A DNA stretch of 64,000 bases. It comes from Haliotis rufescens. Its lineage: Eukaryota. The stretch covers positions 7,564,001 through 7,628,000 of the forward strand of contig NW_025963791.1 of the NCBI RefSeq assembly GCF_023055435.1, in the 5' to 3' direction. Shown here in pieces: positions 1 to 13,575 of the stretch. A program made the translations under genes and the position numbers. How positions within the stretch are numbered: position 1 is the first letter of the stretch; every line of letters begins with the position of its first letter. The notes under the pieces were generated by a model that was not told where the DNA came from, did not search any database, and saw only the letters and a list, made by a program, of their open reading frames with translations.

Positions 1-1685
1 CTTATCTTAATTTGCTGAACATATTTTCATGTACACTGTGACCAAATGTCATATTTGTAGAGCCTTAGAAGGCAACAGGGATGATTATCATGATTATTAT
101 AAAAGAATGATGTAGACATGGTAAAGTATTGTTATCATTCATGAACCCTTTATCATTAAAATCAATGGTCCCTTGTCATAACATAAATGTTTAATCTTCA
201 ATATTAAGGGGAGTCCAGTTGCAAAAACATCATGAGCCCTCAGATGACCTTAAATTTATATCACTTGTTATCTAACCAGTAATCTTGAGACAAAGTTTGT
301 CTTTTTCCCTAATTTCTTTTAGACAAGTATGGATTTAAAATTAGCTGAAAGTCTTGTTCAATTCTTGACAGTATGGTGATGTCTTCAAGACCATGTTTTA
401 CACTGAAAACACACAATAGGTTATACCTGTACATATTAAACCCTGCCATGTGTAATGGACTCTACTAGCCAACAAGCGTTGTCCCTAACTGGAGGCAGTC
501 ATATCATAACAGTTATCGTGGTCATGGAGTACACTACAATCAGTGCTTGCATGCCCAACACTCACCAACATCACTGACATTTATGAAATACAGTACCAAA
601 AGAAAACATCGAAATGATACTCAGCTACCTAGTCAATATCCATGAGTTTTAGGTTAGGTGGAAAACAGCTGATCAGCTGTCCCACACGATTCAAACATGT
701 TCTTACCTGATTTTGGTCTCCCTCAATCATTTTCTTTTAGAAGAAATCTTGAAGTGTAACATGTAAAATCCAAAGTACATATGTCATGTTTCCTCAGCAA
801 ACTTCAGTTCAAAATAATATGCTCTATTTCATGCCTGGGTCTCCCCGAAGATTTCTTTGCAAAAATGCGCAAGTCTGTGCACGATTCCACAACATGTCCT
901 ATCACGTGAATATAAAATAGAATTAACTAAAGCATGCTTTGCAATTATTACAGACTCTTCTATTTATCTTCCTTCAAACCATAATTTTGCGAGAAATCAT
1001 GTATAATTCATATCCTAGCATTAACTAATCAGAAATGATATGACATCGCGCCATTTTGAAACAAATGTTGATGCCACGGACCGTCTATATACACGATATC
1101 GTGCAAATAGTGGACCAATGCCGTGCTATATACACGACTGGAAAACTCCCTTCTCCGCCGTGAGACGCGAACGCTGATTGGTCTATTAATTTCCTACACA
1201 CAAACCTGGTTCCCGGTCTCAGTTGCGCTACGCTACATTGTACATTACTCCCCAAAATGTTAACTCTACACTATAGTGCGGACATCGTTTCTAAAGAAAT
1301 ATATCAAAGATAATAAAAATTATTTACTTGTTGTTAAAATTGTAATTTCTTCTCTAAACATCTGTGAAGATATAAAGGTTTGCTGAGGTAGATAAACCAG
1401 GTATCACAGTTAGTTAAAAGTTTTGCAGTCGTACAGACATGTTGTGAATATAGAGATCATAAATATTTGGAGTAAACATACTTTACCAAATGAGATACTA
1501 GTTTAACGAATCAGAATATTTATAGTTTAGTTCTGTTGAACCAATTAAAATCAAAACATAATTTCCCCTCTTAAAATACTACGAACCTTCTGGTAAAACA
1601 AAATTTACGAACTTTCTGTAAAAGAGCAAGCAATCTGAAGCAAGCATCTATTTTCCCACGATTTCGTGCATATTATGGTAAATGT

Positions 1686-1945
1686 TTCATTATTTACACG
1701 ATATATCGTGTTAAAGTTCTGTTATTTACACGATGTCGTGCATATTGTGAGAAATTGTCTGTTATTTACACGATGTCGTGCATATTGTGAGAAATTGTCT
1801 GTTATTTACACGATATCGTGCATATTACGAGAAATTGTCTCTTATTTACACGATATCGTGCATATTGGGAGAAATTGTCTGTTATTTACACGATATCGTG
1901 TACATTGTGGAATATGTTCTCCTTATGTACACGATATCGTGCGAA
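1686..1945. repeat. 40-bp tandem repeat (about 5-6 units) with palindromic core CACGATATCGTG
   Basis: Unit GTTATTTACACGAT(A/G)TCGTGCATATTGTGAGAAATTGTCT at 1721, 1761, 1801, 1841 and 1881; an isolated core copy near 1090. Confidence 0.9.
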
Positions 1946-2145
1946 TAGACACAGCCTTGATGCCATGCATCGTCCTCGGAGGTTTGTAAGGTAGACCCTG
2001 ATTGGTCACAAGCAAAAAGAAATACCAATGAAATGTCTTAACACAGTTTACCTAAACCGGATGTTTACATCACATTTACTTTAATAGTGGTCAATGATTC
2101 CGTAAGAGTAGTAAAAAGCATTGGAGCATAGATGGCGTTCCGAAG

Positions 2146-2304
2146 GAGTGAGTATTGTTTTACGCCGCTTTTAGCAATATTCCAGTAATATCACGGCAGG
2201 GGACACCAGAAATGGACTTCACACATTGTGCCCATGTGAGAAATCGAACCCGGGTCTTCGGCGTGACGAGCGAACGCTTTGACCACTAGGTTACCCGAAC
2301 GCCC
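2146..2304 (-). mobile_element. tRNA-derived SINE, family A
   Basis: Reverse complement of the family A sequence (A/B boxes, GGTGTCCCC body, (CTCA)n tail). An imperfect flanking repeat GCGTT..GAAGGAGT is present. Confidence 0.85.
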
Positions 2305-2451
2305 GCGTTTTGAAGGAGTAGTGGAATATATATATGAATGATATTGTATGACATAATAAACACTTTACTGTTGGCAGAAAAAAATGTCTTTCTGGGCGCC
2401 TGCCTATACCCTTAAAGACAATAAACAAGGACTAAAGACAATAAACAAGGA

Positions 2452-2603
2452 GGGCTGTCGGGTAACCTAGTGGTTAAAGTTTTCGCTCGTCACGCCCGAA
2501 AACTCGGGTTCGATTTCCGGCAAGGGTACAATGTGTGAAGCCCATTTCTGGTGTCCCCCTCCGTGATATTGCTAAAAGCGGCGTAAAACCATACTCACTC
2601 ACT
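2452..2603 (+). mobile_element. tRNA-derived SINE, family A
   Basis: TAGTGGTTAAAG A box, GGGTTCGATT B box, ACTC tail, 13-bp TSD CAATAAACAAGGA. Confidence 0.9.
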
Positions 2604-2649
2604 CAATAAACAAGGACGCAAAACCATGAATACGATGCTGACCAGACGA

Positions 2650-2795
2650 CGGACCAGACACTCCAGTGACTGACATCATGAGCATCTATCCACGCAATTG
2701 GGACACGATGACATGCATGAACAAGTCAGTAAGCCTGACCACCCGATCCCGCTAGTCGCCTCTTACGACAAGCATAGTCGCCTGTTACGGCAAGC
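2650..2795 (-). mobile_element. SINE family B fragment
   Basis: Matches the full-length copy at 58618-58872 (GGACCAGAC..CCAGTGA..GTCGCCTCTTACGACAAGCAT). Confidence 0.8.
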
Positions 2796-3519
2796 ACATT
2801 CCCATGTTTCATAATTGTATCTATACATTATACCTCCCAATAAAGTGCCCGATTCCCAGCACAATAAACAGAAACAGGGTCGTTTCACAATTGTTTTTCC
2901 AGAGATGATATAACATCGTTCACGTGATCATCATGATGTCTGAATAATTGTCCGAAAAATGTTTGCGTAACCCATTCTGTATCATCTATTAAAACGGTAT
3001 AATTGAAAATAGTGCGACTATGCTGTCAAAATACATTGTATAGCTCAAGTTCCAGTGATTTGGGCTTCCATCCCTTCGTCCCTTCAACGCAATGAATGCG
3101 GGCTTGCAATGATGGGGAGGGGACAGTGATTGACAGAATAGACATACATGCCTTGCTAAAAGCGTCTCCAATAATCCAATTGACATTGTTGTGTGATTTT
3201 AGTCACTTCGCATTACAACACAGAAGCTAATTAATTCAAAGAACTAATTAAGTTACATAGTTTATGCCCTTAAACGTTTCAAAGCCGGTAGATTAAAAAG
3301 AAGGCAATATAGAAGTTACGTATGTCGACAGGAATTCGTAGCTGTACACAAATGACCTTTTTTTTTTATTGACGTATGTATTCTAAGAGGCCAAAATGTT
3401 TGAATATGTACGAGCAGATATTCAGGAATTAAATATATGCATTGGATGTATGTTTTCTTTGTGATTGTTAGTGATATATGTTTGGCACATTTATAAATAA
3501 ACTGCAAGTGATTCCATGA

Positions 3520-3620
3520 CATTTGATTGGCTAACCAGGCAATGTTTGGAGTTTATGTTTCCATAAACCGAAACGGTCCACTGTTTCCTGATTGGTTGAT
3601 AATAGGGTGGGCGGGACTAA
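3520..3620 (+). promoter_or_regulatory. Putative FLCN promoter (two reverse CCAAT boxes plus a GC box)
   Basis: TGATTGGCT near 3524, CTGATTGGTT near 3589, GGGTGGGCGGGA near 3605. Possible non-coding-exon donor GAG|GTATAC near 3738 and an acceptor TTATTAG just before the FLCN ATG. Confidence 0.4.
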
Positions 3621-6098
3621 TAAGGAACAATGTCGTTGATTTCGTATTGTTGTCTTCATTTTTTAAAATTAGCAGTGGTTATTATTGTTGACTTATTTGA
3701 CTTGCAGCTGACTTAAGCATATTTTTGCGTTTATGGAGGTATACACGTAAAACCTGGTGTTCACATTTTAGTTAAACCCATAAAAAGATTACACAGTGTG
3801 ATTTCACACAAGAACTCGATATTTATACGTTCTTTAATAAGCTCCACTCACACACGCGGTTTCTAAAGTTTCTTTAGCCATGGTAGACTATTTACGATCT
3901 TCCACGAGAAACCCTTTGCTTTAGTGGACAAAAATGTGTCTTAAAAACTTCTATTACTATAAGCATAACACTGTATGACAAAGAGGTTATTACCGTCATT
4001 TGTTTCCGTATCATAAAAATCTAGAATTAGGAATAAAAAAGCTATGTATTATATGTTAGCTCGCCACATTAAAAAAATTAATTTGCGAATCTATATGCAT
4101 GACGAGTGTGTGCTTGTTGGTCTCAAAATGTACCCAGCTGACCCCACCTATTCCAGAAAACTGTATACCTGTATTTTGTGAAACGTTATGAATCCATCTA
4201 TATGTTTTTACAAACAAGCACATAAGTAATTGACATATTTCAATTCCTGTTTGAAATTATATTCACAACTTTTAAAACCTAGGGGCGTTATAGTAATAAG
4301 TTATAGCTAAAATGCCATGTTTGTGGTCACCAAAATGGGAATCGTGAGATGACAATGAGGACTGAGGCCAAAATTAGAGAGCAGCCTATTTATATATTCC
4401 GACCGCAGTTACAAGCTGGTGAAAGTTATCACAACTGCTTCATTGATCTGGTACTAATACTCTCCTTCGGAACTACACTCAACTGAAATGAAGTATGGAC
4501 ACAGCAGATGCTTGTCAGTATCACATGACCGTCTTCACGTGATTTTACAAAGTGTTTACTTGCCACACCAAGGGATGATCTGGATTAGAATGTAGAGAAG
4601 ATTACATGCAAGCGTTGTATCAAGTTGTAACGTAAGTGGTAGGATGGCTGTCATGACTCTGGACATCGCTCAATTTGTTAACAAGAACTGATAGATTGAC
4701 AGTAAATAACCGATCATTGATGGTTAACCAGGTTTAACCGGCATAATGCATTACTTTATGAATAACTTTATGATTTGTACTTGGACATACATCCAATGTT
4801 ATACTTAGAACATGACAAGGCACGAATAATTTCATCTTAGGTTGGTTACATCAGAAATATTGTCAAAATTCACTATTTCAAAAAAATACTATTACCCACT
4901 GGTAGTAAAAATTGAATTTAGTCAATAACTAATTTTATCTTTTGAGATATGCTTGTCATAACCATCCATGTGCTGCTGATTTTGACCACATGGGGAATCA
5001 GGGTCAGTATAAGTCCTCAGTACACTTAGCTTAGAGAGCAGGGATTCAAATTACAACTTTCAGACAAAGATACATAGAGGATGAATACCATGTTGTACTT
5101 GTGTGTTATGCTTATGGCAATCTCAGGAGTGTGTATATACCTCCAAAATACTACTTATATCCAACATTACCTAAATTTAACTCATTAATGTCTTCAAAAT
5201 TTTTAGAAACTGTTAACAATCTTGCAACGTTTGTATATAAGTCAATGCAACGAAGACAATCATTCGGGCGAACAATGTATATATGCTGTTAGCCTCTCAA
5301 GCAATGATGTAAATGTAGAATGGGCCTATGACCTCTACTTCTTTATGAATAACGATTGAATTGAATTGAAATTACAACGTTCATGATTGAAATAACCAGT
5401 TCTCTTCTCCCCTTGAGGCCAACACTCTCATGTACAAATTGAGAATGGCTAGGAGTATGAGGACTTGATGTCTTCCCTTCCCATCTTAATAATCAGGAAA
5501 ACATCTTTTCCAGCTCACATGTCTAAAACTAAAAGTTAATTTATAACCTTGTTCTGATTTCAAATCTCCATATAGAAAGGGCTCAAATATGAATGTAGAT
5601 CTTAGCAGAACTCGTTGTGAAGAACCATTTTGATTGGTTGCTGATTTTATGCTCAAGAGCGAGAGAAGTTCTGTGCATAGGTAGTGCCATGACAGATGGA
5701 GCAGGTGACATCACTTCTGAAATGAAACTATGGCGGCATATTGGTCCAGGGTACTTATCATAATGGCATAGAGATATATTACCCTGAATAATCAAAGAGG
5801 GGAATATCCTGGATGGGAATAGTTACTGTATTGTTGGCTACTCTTCATTTTGCACGAAATGTGATGGTGACACAACTGAAAGATTTTCTAAATCTGAATT
5901 GTTTTTTATTTAGTTGGATATAGTTTCAGTGTTTTTAACCAACTTATGAAAAATATAAGTCCTAATTACATATATATTCTTCTCCGACTGTAGGTCAGCT
6001 ATTATATGAAACATATCCACCATGATAAAAAATTCATAATAATACTGTATAATGCACCATGATAAATGATGACATGAATTTTCTGTTATTAGGAAACC

Positions 6099-9000
6099 AT
6101 GAACGCCATCATTTCATTGTGTCATTTCTGTGAACTTCATGGACCCAGAATCTTGTTCTGCACTCAACCCTTTCGGCCGCAAGAATCCCGAAATGAGCTG
6201 GATGCGGAAGACTCCGAATCATCATTTCCTCGCAGGGTTAAGTCCCCTTCACTGACTGCTGACTCGCACAACGCGACCCCATCACTGCCCAGCATGAAGA
6301 ATGACATGTGTGAGGTAAGACTAGCAGACTTCCAGATTCCATATAGCTGTAAGACAAACATGTTGTGATGCGGACATTAATTTGCATCTTTTATCAGCTT
6401 CTTTGACTTGTTGCAGGGTTGCTACTCAGTGCAGCCTGGGTACGTGAGCCATGACGAGGAAGCCCATGTGAGCTATGTCAGCACGCAACATCCCTACCAT
6501 CCGCAGGTGTTCAGCCGCATCAGACAGGCTTGTATCAGGAGTCTGAGCTGTGAGGTACAAAAACATATGTAACCATGGTAATTTATAGTATGGTATGCTG
6601 CAGGAATAGATTGTTGTTAGAAAGTGGTCACTGTTAGGGCTGGGATGGGTAACTCGGGTCCCCGGGTTAGGTGGGTACTGAGTAGGACCCGGATCCCCAT
6701 AGGACTACCCGGACCCGTGGTTAGTCATGTGATATATAGTTTAATGACAACAATAATCTAGAACTCTATGGTTACACTACAAGTCACTAATGTTCGCATT
6801 TCTTTCTGACTATGCACCCATTCCTTCTGACTTTTCATATGGTTGAATAAACAGTGTATGCATGGCCAGATCGTTTAATACATGGTTCTAAATACGTTTT
6901 GCAAGAGCTATGGTAAAAGAATGTCCAATCGGACATTTTGTACCTTCTCTTGAGGTGAGGTGAAATTGGGTTTAACGTCGCGTCCAAGATTATTGCACTT
7001 ATATAGCGACGTGCATGCACGTGTATGTGTGTGTGTGGCTGCTTGTACTAGTCCGGACTGATGCCGATTTATAGTGCTAGCTCACTGAGATACCATGCCG
7101 CAGTTTAACATGAATACCCCACTCAGACACAGTATACTGACTCCGAGCCGACCAGTCCTTGTTTTAGCCCCTTAATGCCGAGCGCCAGACAGGGTAACAA
7201 CAAGTACAATCTTTTAACGTCTTTTTGTATGACGCGGCCCGGGATCGAACCCCGGACCTTCCGCTCTCCGGGCGGACGCTCTACCACAAGACCACGGAGG
7301 CGGTCCCTTCTCTTGAGACCTACAGTGGGTACCCGGGTAGGGTCGGGTAATAGGGGGGTGGGTACCCAGGTAGTAAATTTGGACTCGTCCCAGCCCTAGT
7401 GAATGTTGAATTAAATGGATGTACAGCCATATTTGATTTTACGTTTTTTTCGTTGTATCAAGTTGTAACGTAAGTGGTAGGATGGCTGTCATGACTCTGG
7501 ACATCGCTCAATTTGTTAACAAGAACTGATAGATTGACAGTAAATAACCGATCATTGATGGTTAACCAGGTTTAACCGGCATAATGCATTACTTTATGAA
7601 TAACTTTATGATTTGTACTTGGACATACATCCAATGTTATACTTAGAACATGACAAGGCACGAATAATTTCATCTTAGGTTGGTTACATCAGAAGTATTG
7701 TCAAAATTCATTATTTCAAAAAAATACTATTACCCACTGGTAGTAAAAATTGAATTTAGTCAATAACTAATTTTATCTTTTGAGATATGCTTGTCATAAC
7801 CATCCATGTGCTGCTGATTTTGACCACATGGGGAATCAGGGTCAGTATAAGTCCTCAGTACACTTAGCTTAGAGAGAAGGGATTCAAATTACAACTTTCA
7901 GACAAAGATACATAGAGGATGAATACCATGTTGTACTTGTACATTTTGTACCTTCTCTTGAGACCTACAGTGGGTACCCGGGTAGGGTCGGGTAATAGGG
8001 GGGTTGGTACCCAGGTAGTAAATTTGGACTCGTCCCAGCCCTAGTGAATGTTGAATTAAATGGATGTACAGCCATATTTGATTTTACTTTGCTTTGGCAT
8101 ACCGGAAGTCTTCAGAGAAACAAGTTTTTCATGTTGATTGAGTTTGGTTCCCGACCCTTGCTAAAATCTGCATGATTTGCCCTGATCATGATCCTGGGTC
8201 TTTCAGTGTTTTATCATGTTTGTGAGTTCACTAAGTGGTGAATGTCTGTGTCTCTGTGTCTTTGGGCTTTCCTGAACATTTAGGTGGCACACGTATTGAA
8301 CTGAAGTACTGTTCAATGAAGCACACTTTGAGAGGGCCATCAATCATTTCATAAACAGCATTTGTGTAGGCTTGATGTAACAAAACAGGTGACTGTACAG
8401 AGTGTACTGGAAGAGAGTGTACTGCTGGAGTGTGCAGAAAGGGATTTCCCTTGTGTATTAAGTCCACGTTACTTCAGATCTTCCAGTGTTTTAGTATGAC
8501 TTGATGACTACATTTAAACTCAAGTTTAATTATTACAGGTGTGCCCAGGGAGAGAAGGCCCCATATTTTTTGGCGATGAACAGTATGGCTATGTGTTAAG
8601 TTACACGTTCTATGTTGAGGACACACAGGCTCGGGGACTGCAACGTTCCTACAGTATCGTTATTGTTATGATGGACAAGATCTATTTGTTGAACTCGTGG
8701 CCTTTTCTAGTGCCACATTTAAAAACTTTGAAAGAAAATCTTCAAACCAGAGCACACAGAGTATACACAGAGGAACAAACAAAATGTCCGCAGACGACGC
8801 TGCGACTGAACCCCACCATCAACCCGGCTAACTTTATCCAACAGAGGGGAGGCAACAAGCCTGCCCGGTCACTGGTTGAACTCACAGGTCACAAGAATGT
8901 GTTTAAAGTGCTGCATTTCTCGTTTATATGGATCCTGAAAGCTTGCGGGAATCGGATGACAGAGACTTTGCTGGAAGGACCCCCGACAGAGGATTCCATC

Positions 9001-12000
9001 ATCGACATGGAGAAACAGGAAGGTAAGACATTGTAACAGGACACTGGGGATCAGAGATGAATACAGATAGGTATGGATGAGGTTAGTTGTTACCTGATTT
9101 GGTGAAATCAAAATGGTACATTTCAGGTGAGAAAGTGGTTGGGCATTCAGGAAAAGGTGGGTCAGAACTAGGATGCTCAAAAGGCCCTATAATGCACTGT
9201 GCAGAGTTAAGCCTCTTAGACGTGTCATGATCCTGTGATCGAGGGGTTTAATCCCAGGCTTGCCTTGATTAATTACTTGGTTTGACAGCACCATACCCAT
9301 GCTCGTGTGTTTCACCAAAGTATAAATGTCTTACGTCATCGATCTCAATTGTGTGGATCAATGCTCATGATGTCAATCACTGGATTGTCTGGTCCAGACT
9401 CGATTATTTTACAGACAGCCGTCATATAGCTGGAATATTGCTGAGTGTGGCGTTAAACAACAAACAAACAAACATCTGAGTTATGTCCCTTCGTAGTGTC
9501 CAAACTATGTTTAAAGGATCTCAGTCAGCTTATTTTATTAATAACAGTGATTATCCCAGATGACCTGTAAGAGTTATGTTGATAGTTAAATCTGTATATA
9601 AGATGGAACAGGGCAGGTTTTGCATGTATGGGGAACATCTCGTGACAGCCTACTGCTGTGTTGCAGAGACGGAGGAAGGTTTCATCAAGCTGTATTCTCG
9701 AAAGATCAGTGATGATCTCTCCGAGCAGGTGGCGTCGGAGGATGAGGGCTGCGTTGGCAGTGATGTGGAGCAGGAGGACATGAGCAAGGCGCCGTTCATT
9801 AAAGACTTGAGACTGTTTCGCAAGGTCAGGAGAGCAACGTTTGAATCATTTGAACTACAGACAGGAATGCTATATGGTGTTATATTCACAGGGGCTTGTT
9901 ATACAAAAATAGCAGCTACAAATATTGCAAAAATGCTTCTTGAATAAGAATCAGCATGTTAACATATTAAAATTTACCTCTTGATTTGGTTTTGGAGAAA
10001 ATCCAAAATATGCAAATTAGAAACAAATATCTAGATTTCTTACATTTTTGCACATTTCATAAACTATCTAATACTTTTAGGCCCAAAAGGGCCCTTCTCC
10101 TATGTCTTTATTTCAGTTTTGAGGAAACTGTTTTGAACTTTCAGGCCCTTGGAAACAGCAAGTTCCACACCCTGGCTCACCATGTACTCATCGGCAACCA
10201 GGTGATCATCAGTGGTGCCGAAAAGTCACAGGTCAAGACCATTCTGGCAGCTCTGAAGGTAGGATGATGGGAAAACTAATCTCTCCAAATTGAGGTGGTA
10301 AAGAAATTACGCCAAATTGTTTTTAGAAAGTTGAAGAACCCACACATCTATCATACTAGACTAAAAGTTCTGATTTTGATGAGATTGTACAAATACTGTA
10401 AATCAAGAAATAAATATAACCACTGAAGTACTCTTCCTCACATTAATATTAACACTTATCTGGACATGCTGGAGTTAGATGTTGTGTCAGGTTCAGTGCA
10501 CAAACAAGAAATAATGATGTATACTGAACAAAAATAATAAAGATCATGAATAGTTTGGGGATATTTTTATGAAATTGGGTGCTCAGTCTTCACTCTACAC
10601 AAAATATCCCAAAAAATATTCATGATCCCTAACATTTTGTTCAGTAATCATCCAAGCTCCCAATAAACAACCACGAAGCACTGATCTGTCTGGCCGAGAC
10701 TAGATTATCAACAGACTGCCTTGTGATAGCTGGAATATTGCTGACTGCAAAAAAACACCATTTACCCTGTTTCCCTAAAAAAACAGTTTGTTTTTGTGTT
10801 TTAGGCTCACTCTTTGTGTTCTGTAGATACTGCTGAAGAACTGCTAATATTTGCATAAAACCTCCATCCTCAGTGCCACTCAAACTCATACACTCACTCA
10901 CTCACTCATGCTGCAGATGCTGCTGCCAAAGGGCTGCTGTCGGTCCATCACATACAGCAACATATACGAGGAGTCCTGGCGCTGCAACTTCCTCGGCCTG
11001 GCCCTCAACGTCCCTCTTCCAAATCACACGATGTCCACGGAGATGTTTATCCTTGTGGAGGTGCTGAAGGGCGAGGGAGAAGCTACCCCCGACAGCTCAC
11101 TGGAGTCCGAGAAGTCACTCTCAGACAACTGTTTCAGCAGCTTTCATTACCGCCTCAGCAGCCCCGTCCAGCTCCCTGAGAAAGGTGAGTTTGGCAGCCA
11201 CTTTAGCTTATGTTGATCATATAGTGTATTGCTCTTATCTGGGATAGCCTTCTTCTTTGGAATCAGGGCGGTTGGGTAGCCTAGTGGTTAAAGCTTTCGC
11301 TCGTCACGCCGAAGACCCGGGTTCGAATCCCGACATGGGTACAATGTGTGAAGCACATTTCTGGTGTCCCCCGCCGTGATATTGCTGGAATATTGCTAAA
11401 AGCGGCGTAAAACCAAACTCACTCACTCACTCACTTCTTTGGAATCAAATCTAATGGCACATTTTAGGGGGGATAGATTTAATTCCTTAATAATCTGTAC
11501 CTCCAGGGGGCTCTCAGGTCGTCAGTCATCTAAGGCATTGCATTTCGCTGTGCAGCAATGTGTCCCTTGGGGATGCCAGAAACCTGTGATTGTGGATTTG
11601 AATCCCGGTTCGCCCCAGTTATGTTTCTAATTTTGTCAGTATCTTACCCGTGCTCGTGGGTTTCACCAAAGTCGTAGAGACCTGCATCACATTTGTGGTT
11701 TTCTTGCCACATTAAGCTGACACATTATGATATACCCAAGTGGGTAAGTGGAAAACTGTTCAAAGTGGTGTTAAATCAAACTCGCTCACTCACTTTACCC
11801 CAATATGAAGTGAATAAGAGAATGATGTTTTGGTAGTTAGACCCATGGTCAAGAACTATTGGATGATTCATTGTGTGACATGGATGATCTTTAACTCTCA
11901 GATCACATATCTTTATGCCCAGTATTGTTTCAAGTGTTATTGTTAATGACATTTTTCTATTTTTCCTCCAAGGCTAGTGACATGACAAGGGAAAACCTTT

Positions 12001-13575
12001 TTTAAAATTTGTATGAAAAATTCATTCAGGCGTAATTCTTTTGAAAATCACTGATACAGGCTTCAGAGAGTCAAACTGTTCATATTTCAGACATGTATAC
12101 TCAAAGTTGGTGTCAGTTCAGTGTAGCCTGTTGTTGCTTGTGTTAGTAAAGGTCACAGCACTTATTGCTTGTCATAAGAGGTGATGAAGTTGGATCAGGA
12201 CAGGATTGGCGACTTGGTTGATAGCATGTCGTTGTTACCCCCACTGCATGAGTTGCTCACAATATCAATCATTGGTTTGTCTTGCAAGACCTATTTATCT
12301 ACACGCTGCTGTCATATGGCTGAAACATTGCTGACTTGTCTACAGCGAGAAACAAGCATACTGCCGTGAGTAGCGTGTTAAGTAACCTCCTCCTCCTCCT
12401 GTGCCTGCAGCCCCCACCGTGCTGCAGAAGATGGAGATGGCCCTGAGGAACGAGAACCTGAGCGAGGAGGTGGTGGAGCAGTGCTTCATCTGCATCAAGG
12501 AGGAGTGGATGAAGTGAGTACAGGGTCCCTACATCGCCACCGAGTCCATACATATCCACACAGTCCATACATGGCCACAGTGTCCCTCATAGCCACAGAG
12601 TCCATACATGGCCACACTGTCCATACATATCCAAAGAGTCCATACATGGCCACAGTGTCGCTCATAGCCACAGAGTCCATACATATCCACAGAGTCCATA
12701 CATGGCCACAGTGTCCCTCATAGCCACAGAGTCCATACATATCCACAGAGTCCATACATGGCCACAGTGTCCCTCATAGCCACAGAGTCCATACATGGCC
12801 ACAGTGTCCCTCATAGCCACAGAGTCCATACATGGCCACAGAGTCCATACATATCCACAGAGTCCATACATGGCCACAGTGTCCCTCATAGCCACAGTGT
12901 CCATACATGGCCACACTGTCCATACATATCCACAGTGTCCCTCATAGCCAGAGTCCATACATAGCCACACTGTCCATACATATCCACAGTGTCCATACAT
13001 AGCCACAGAGTCCATACATAGCCACAGAGTCCATTCATGGCCACAGGGTCCATACATCACCACACAGTCCATACATAGCCACAGAGTCCATACATAGCCA
13101 TATTGTCCATAGTTAGCCAAGGGGGTCGGGTAGCCTTGTGGTTAAAGCGTTCGCTTGTCACGTCGAATTCCCAACAATGTGTGAAGCCCATTTCTGGTGT
13201 TCCCATTGAATATTGCTAAAAACGGCGTAAAACCATACTCAATCACTCACTCACCCACTCACTCACTCACTCACTCACTCACTCACTCACTCACTCATAG
13301 CTAGCCATGTAGTCCATAGATAGCCATTAGTCCATACAAATAACAATGAAGTTTTTCCAGCTGATCACTTCATTCTTATTTTCCTTTTCAGTAAGGTGAA
13401 GGTGTTGTTTAAGTTCACCAAGGCAGGAGGCAGTCGGTCAAAGGAAGACACAGAGAAATTGTTCAAAGTCGTTAACGCACAGGAGGAAGACAAACAACTA
13501 CTCAAATTCTGGATGACAGGCCTCAGTGTACAGTATCGGACCCACATACTGGCATCCTCCAAGAATCAACACTGA
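6099..13575 (+). CDS. FLCN: Folliculin. Coding exons 6099-6314, 6417-6554, 8539-9022, 9667-9824, 10145-10258, 10917-11184, 12411-12513, 13392-13575 (1665 nt, 554 aa)
   Basis: Diagnostic motifs [93 protein letters not shown] and [10 protein letters not shown]. All introns are GT-AG and the phases join into one open frame. Confidence 0.97.
6635..7398. mobile_element. hAT-like MITE in FLCN intron 2, interrupted by a SINE
   Basis: TIRs TAGGGCTGGGA...TCCCAGCCCTA; degenerate 8-bp flanks GTCACTGT/GTGAATGT; subterminal ACCCGG repeats. Confidence 0.7.
6955..7305 (-). mobile_element. tRNA-derived SINE, family D
   Basis: Minus-strand tRNA-like head (GTGGTAGAGCG..GGGTTCGATCCC); 12-bp TSD CCTTCTCTTGAG at 6943-6954 and 7306-7317; empty site preserved near 7951. 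Confidence 0.9.
7451..8087 (+). repeat. Local duplication: 7451-7940 copies 4613-5102; 7941-8087 copies the pre-SINE MITE end and its flank
   Basis: 490-bp match with only a few substitutions; the second block matches 6933-6954 joined to 7318-7442. Confidence 0.92.
9170..9475 (+). mobile_element. Degraded SINE family C 5' part joined to a family B 3' part
   Basis: CAGCACCATACCCATGCTCGTG (family C) followed by GATCAATGCTCATGATGTCAATCACTGG...GGCGTTAAACAACAAACAAAC (family B). Confidence 0.65.
11266..11794 (+). mobile_element. SINE family A (11266-11433) and SINE family C (about 11506-11794) in FLCN intron 6
   Basis: Family A copy flanked by TSD CTTCTTTGGAATCA; family C copy matches 55979-56257. 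Confidence 0.85.
12535..13110. repeat. Minisatellite of 18-20-bp GCCACAGAGTCCATACAT-type units in FLCN intron 7
   Basis: Roughly 30 variant units, starting about 20 bp after the exon 7 donor. Confidence 0.93.
13121..13296 (+). mobile_element. Degraded SINE family A with expanded (CTCA)n tail
   Basis: GGGTAGCCTTGTGGTTAAAGCGTTCGC...GGCGTAAAACCATACTC followed by the tetranucleotide run. Confidence 0.85.

Noticed and set aside
700-760. Possible first coding exon of a divergent neighbouring gene (minus strand, MIEGDQNQ|GTAAG)
   Set aside because: The donor site is good, but the exon is too short and cannot be linked to another exon within the window.
12299-13120. Repetitive ORFs (MDSVAM..., ATESIH...)
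   Set aside because: They are translations of the intronic minisatellite.
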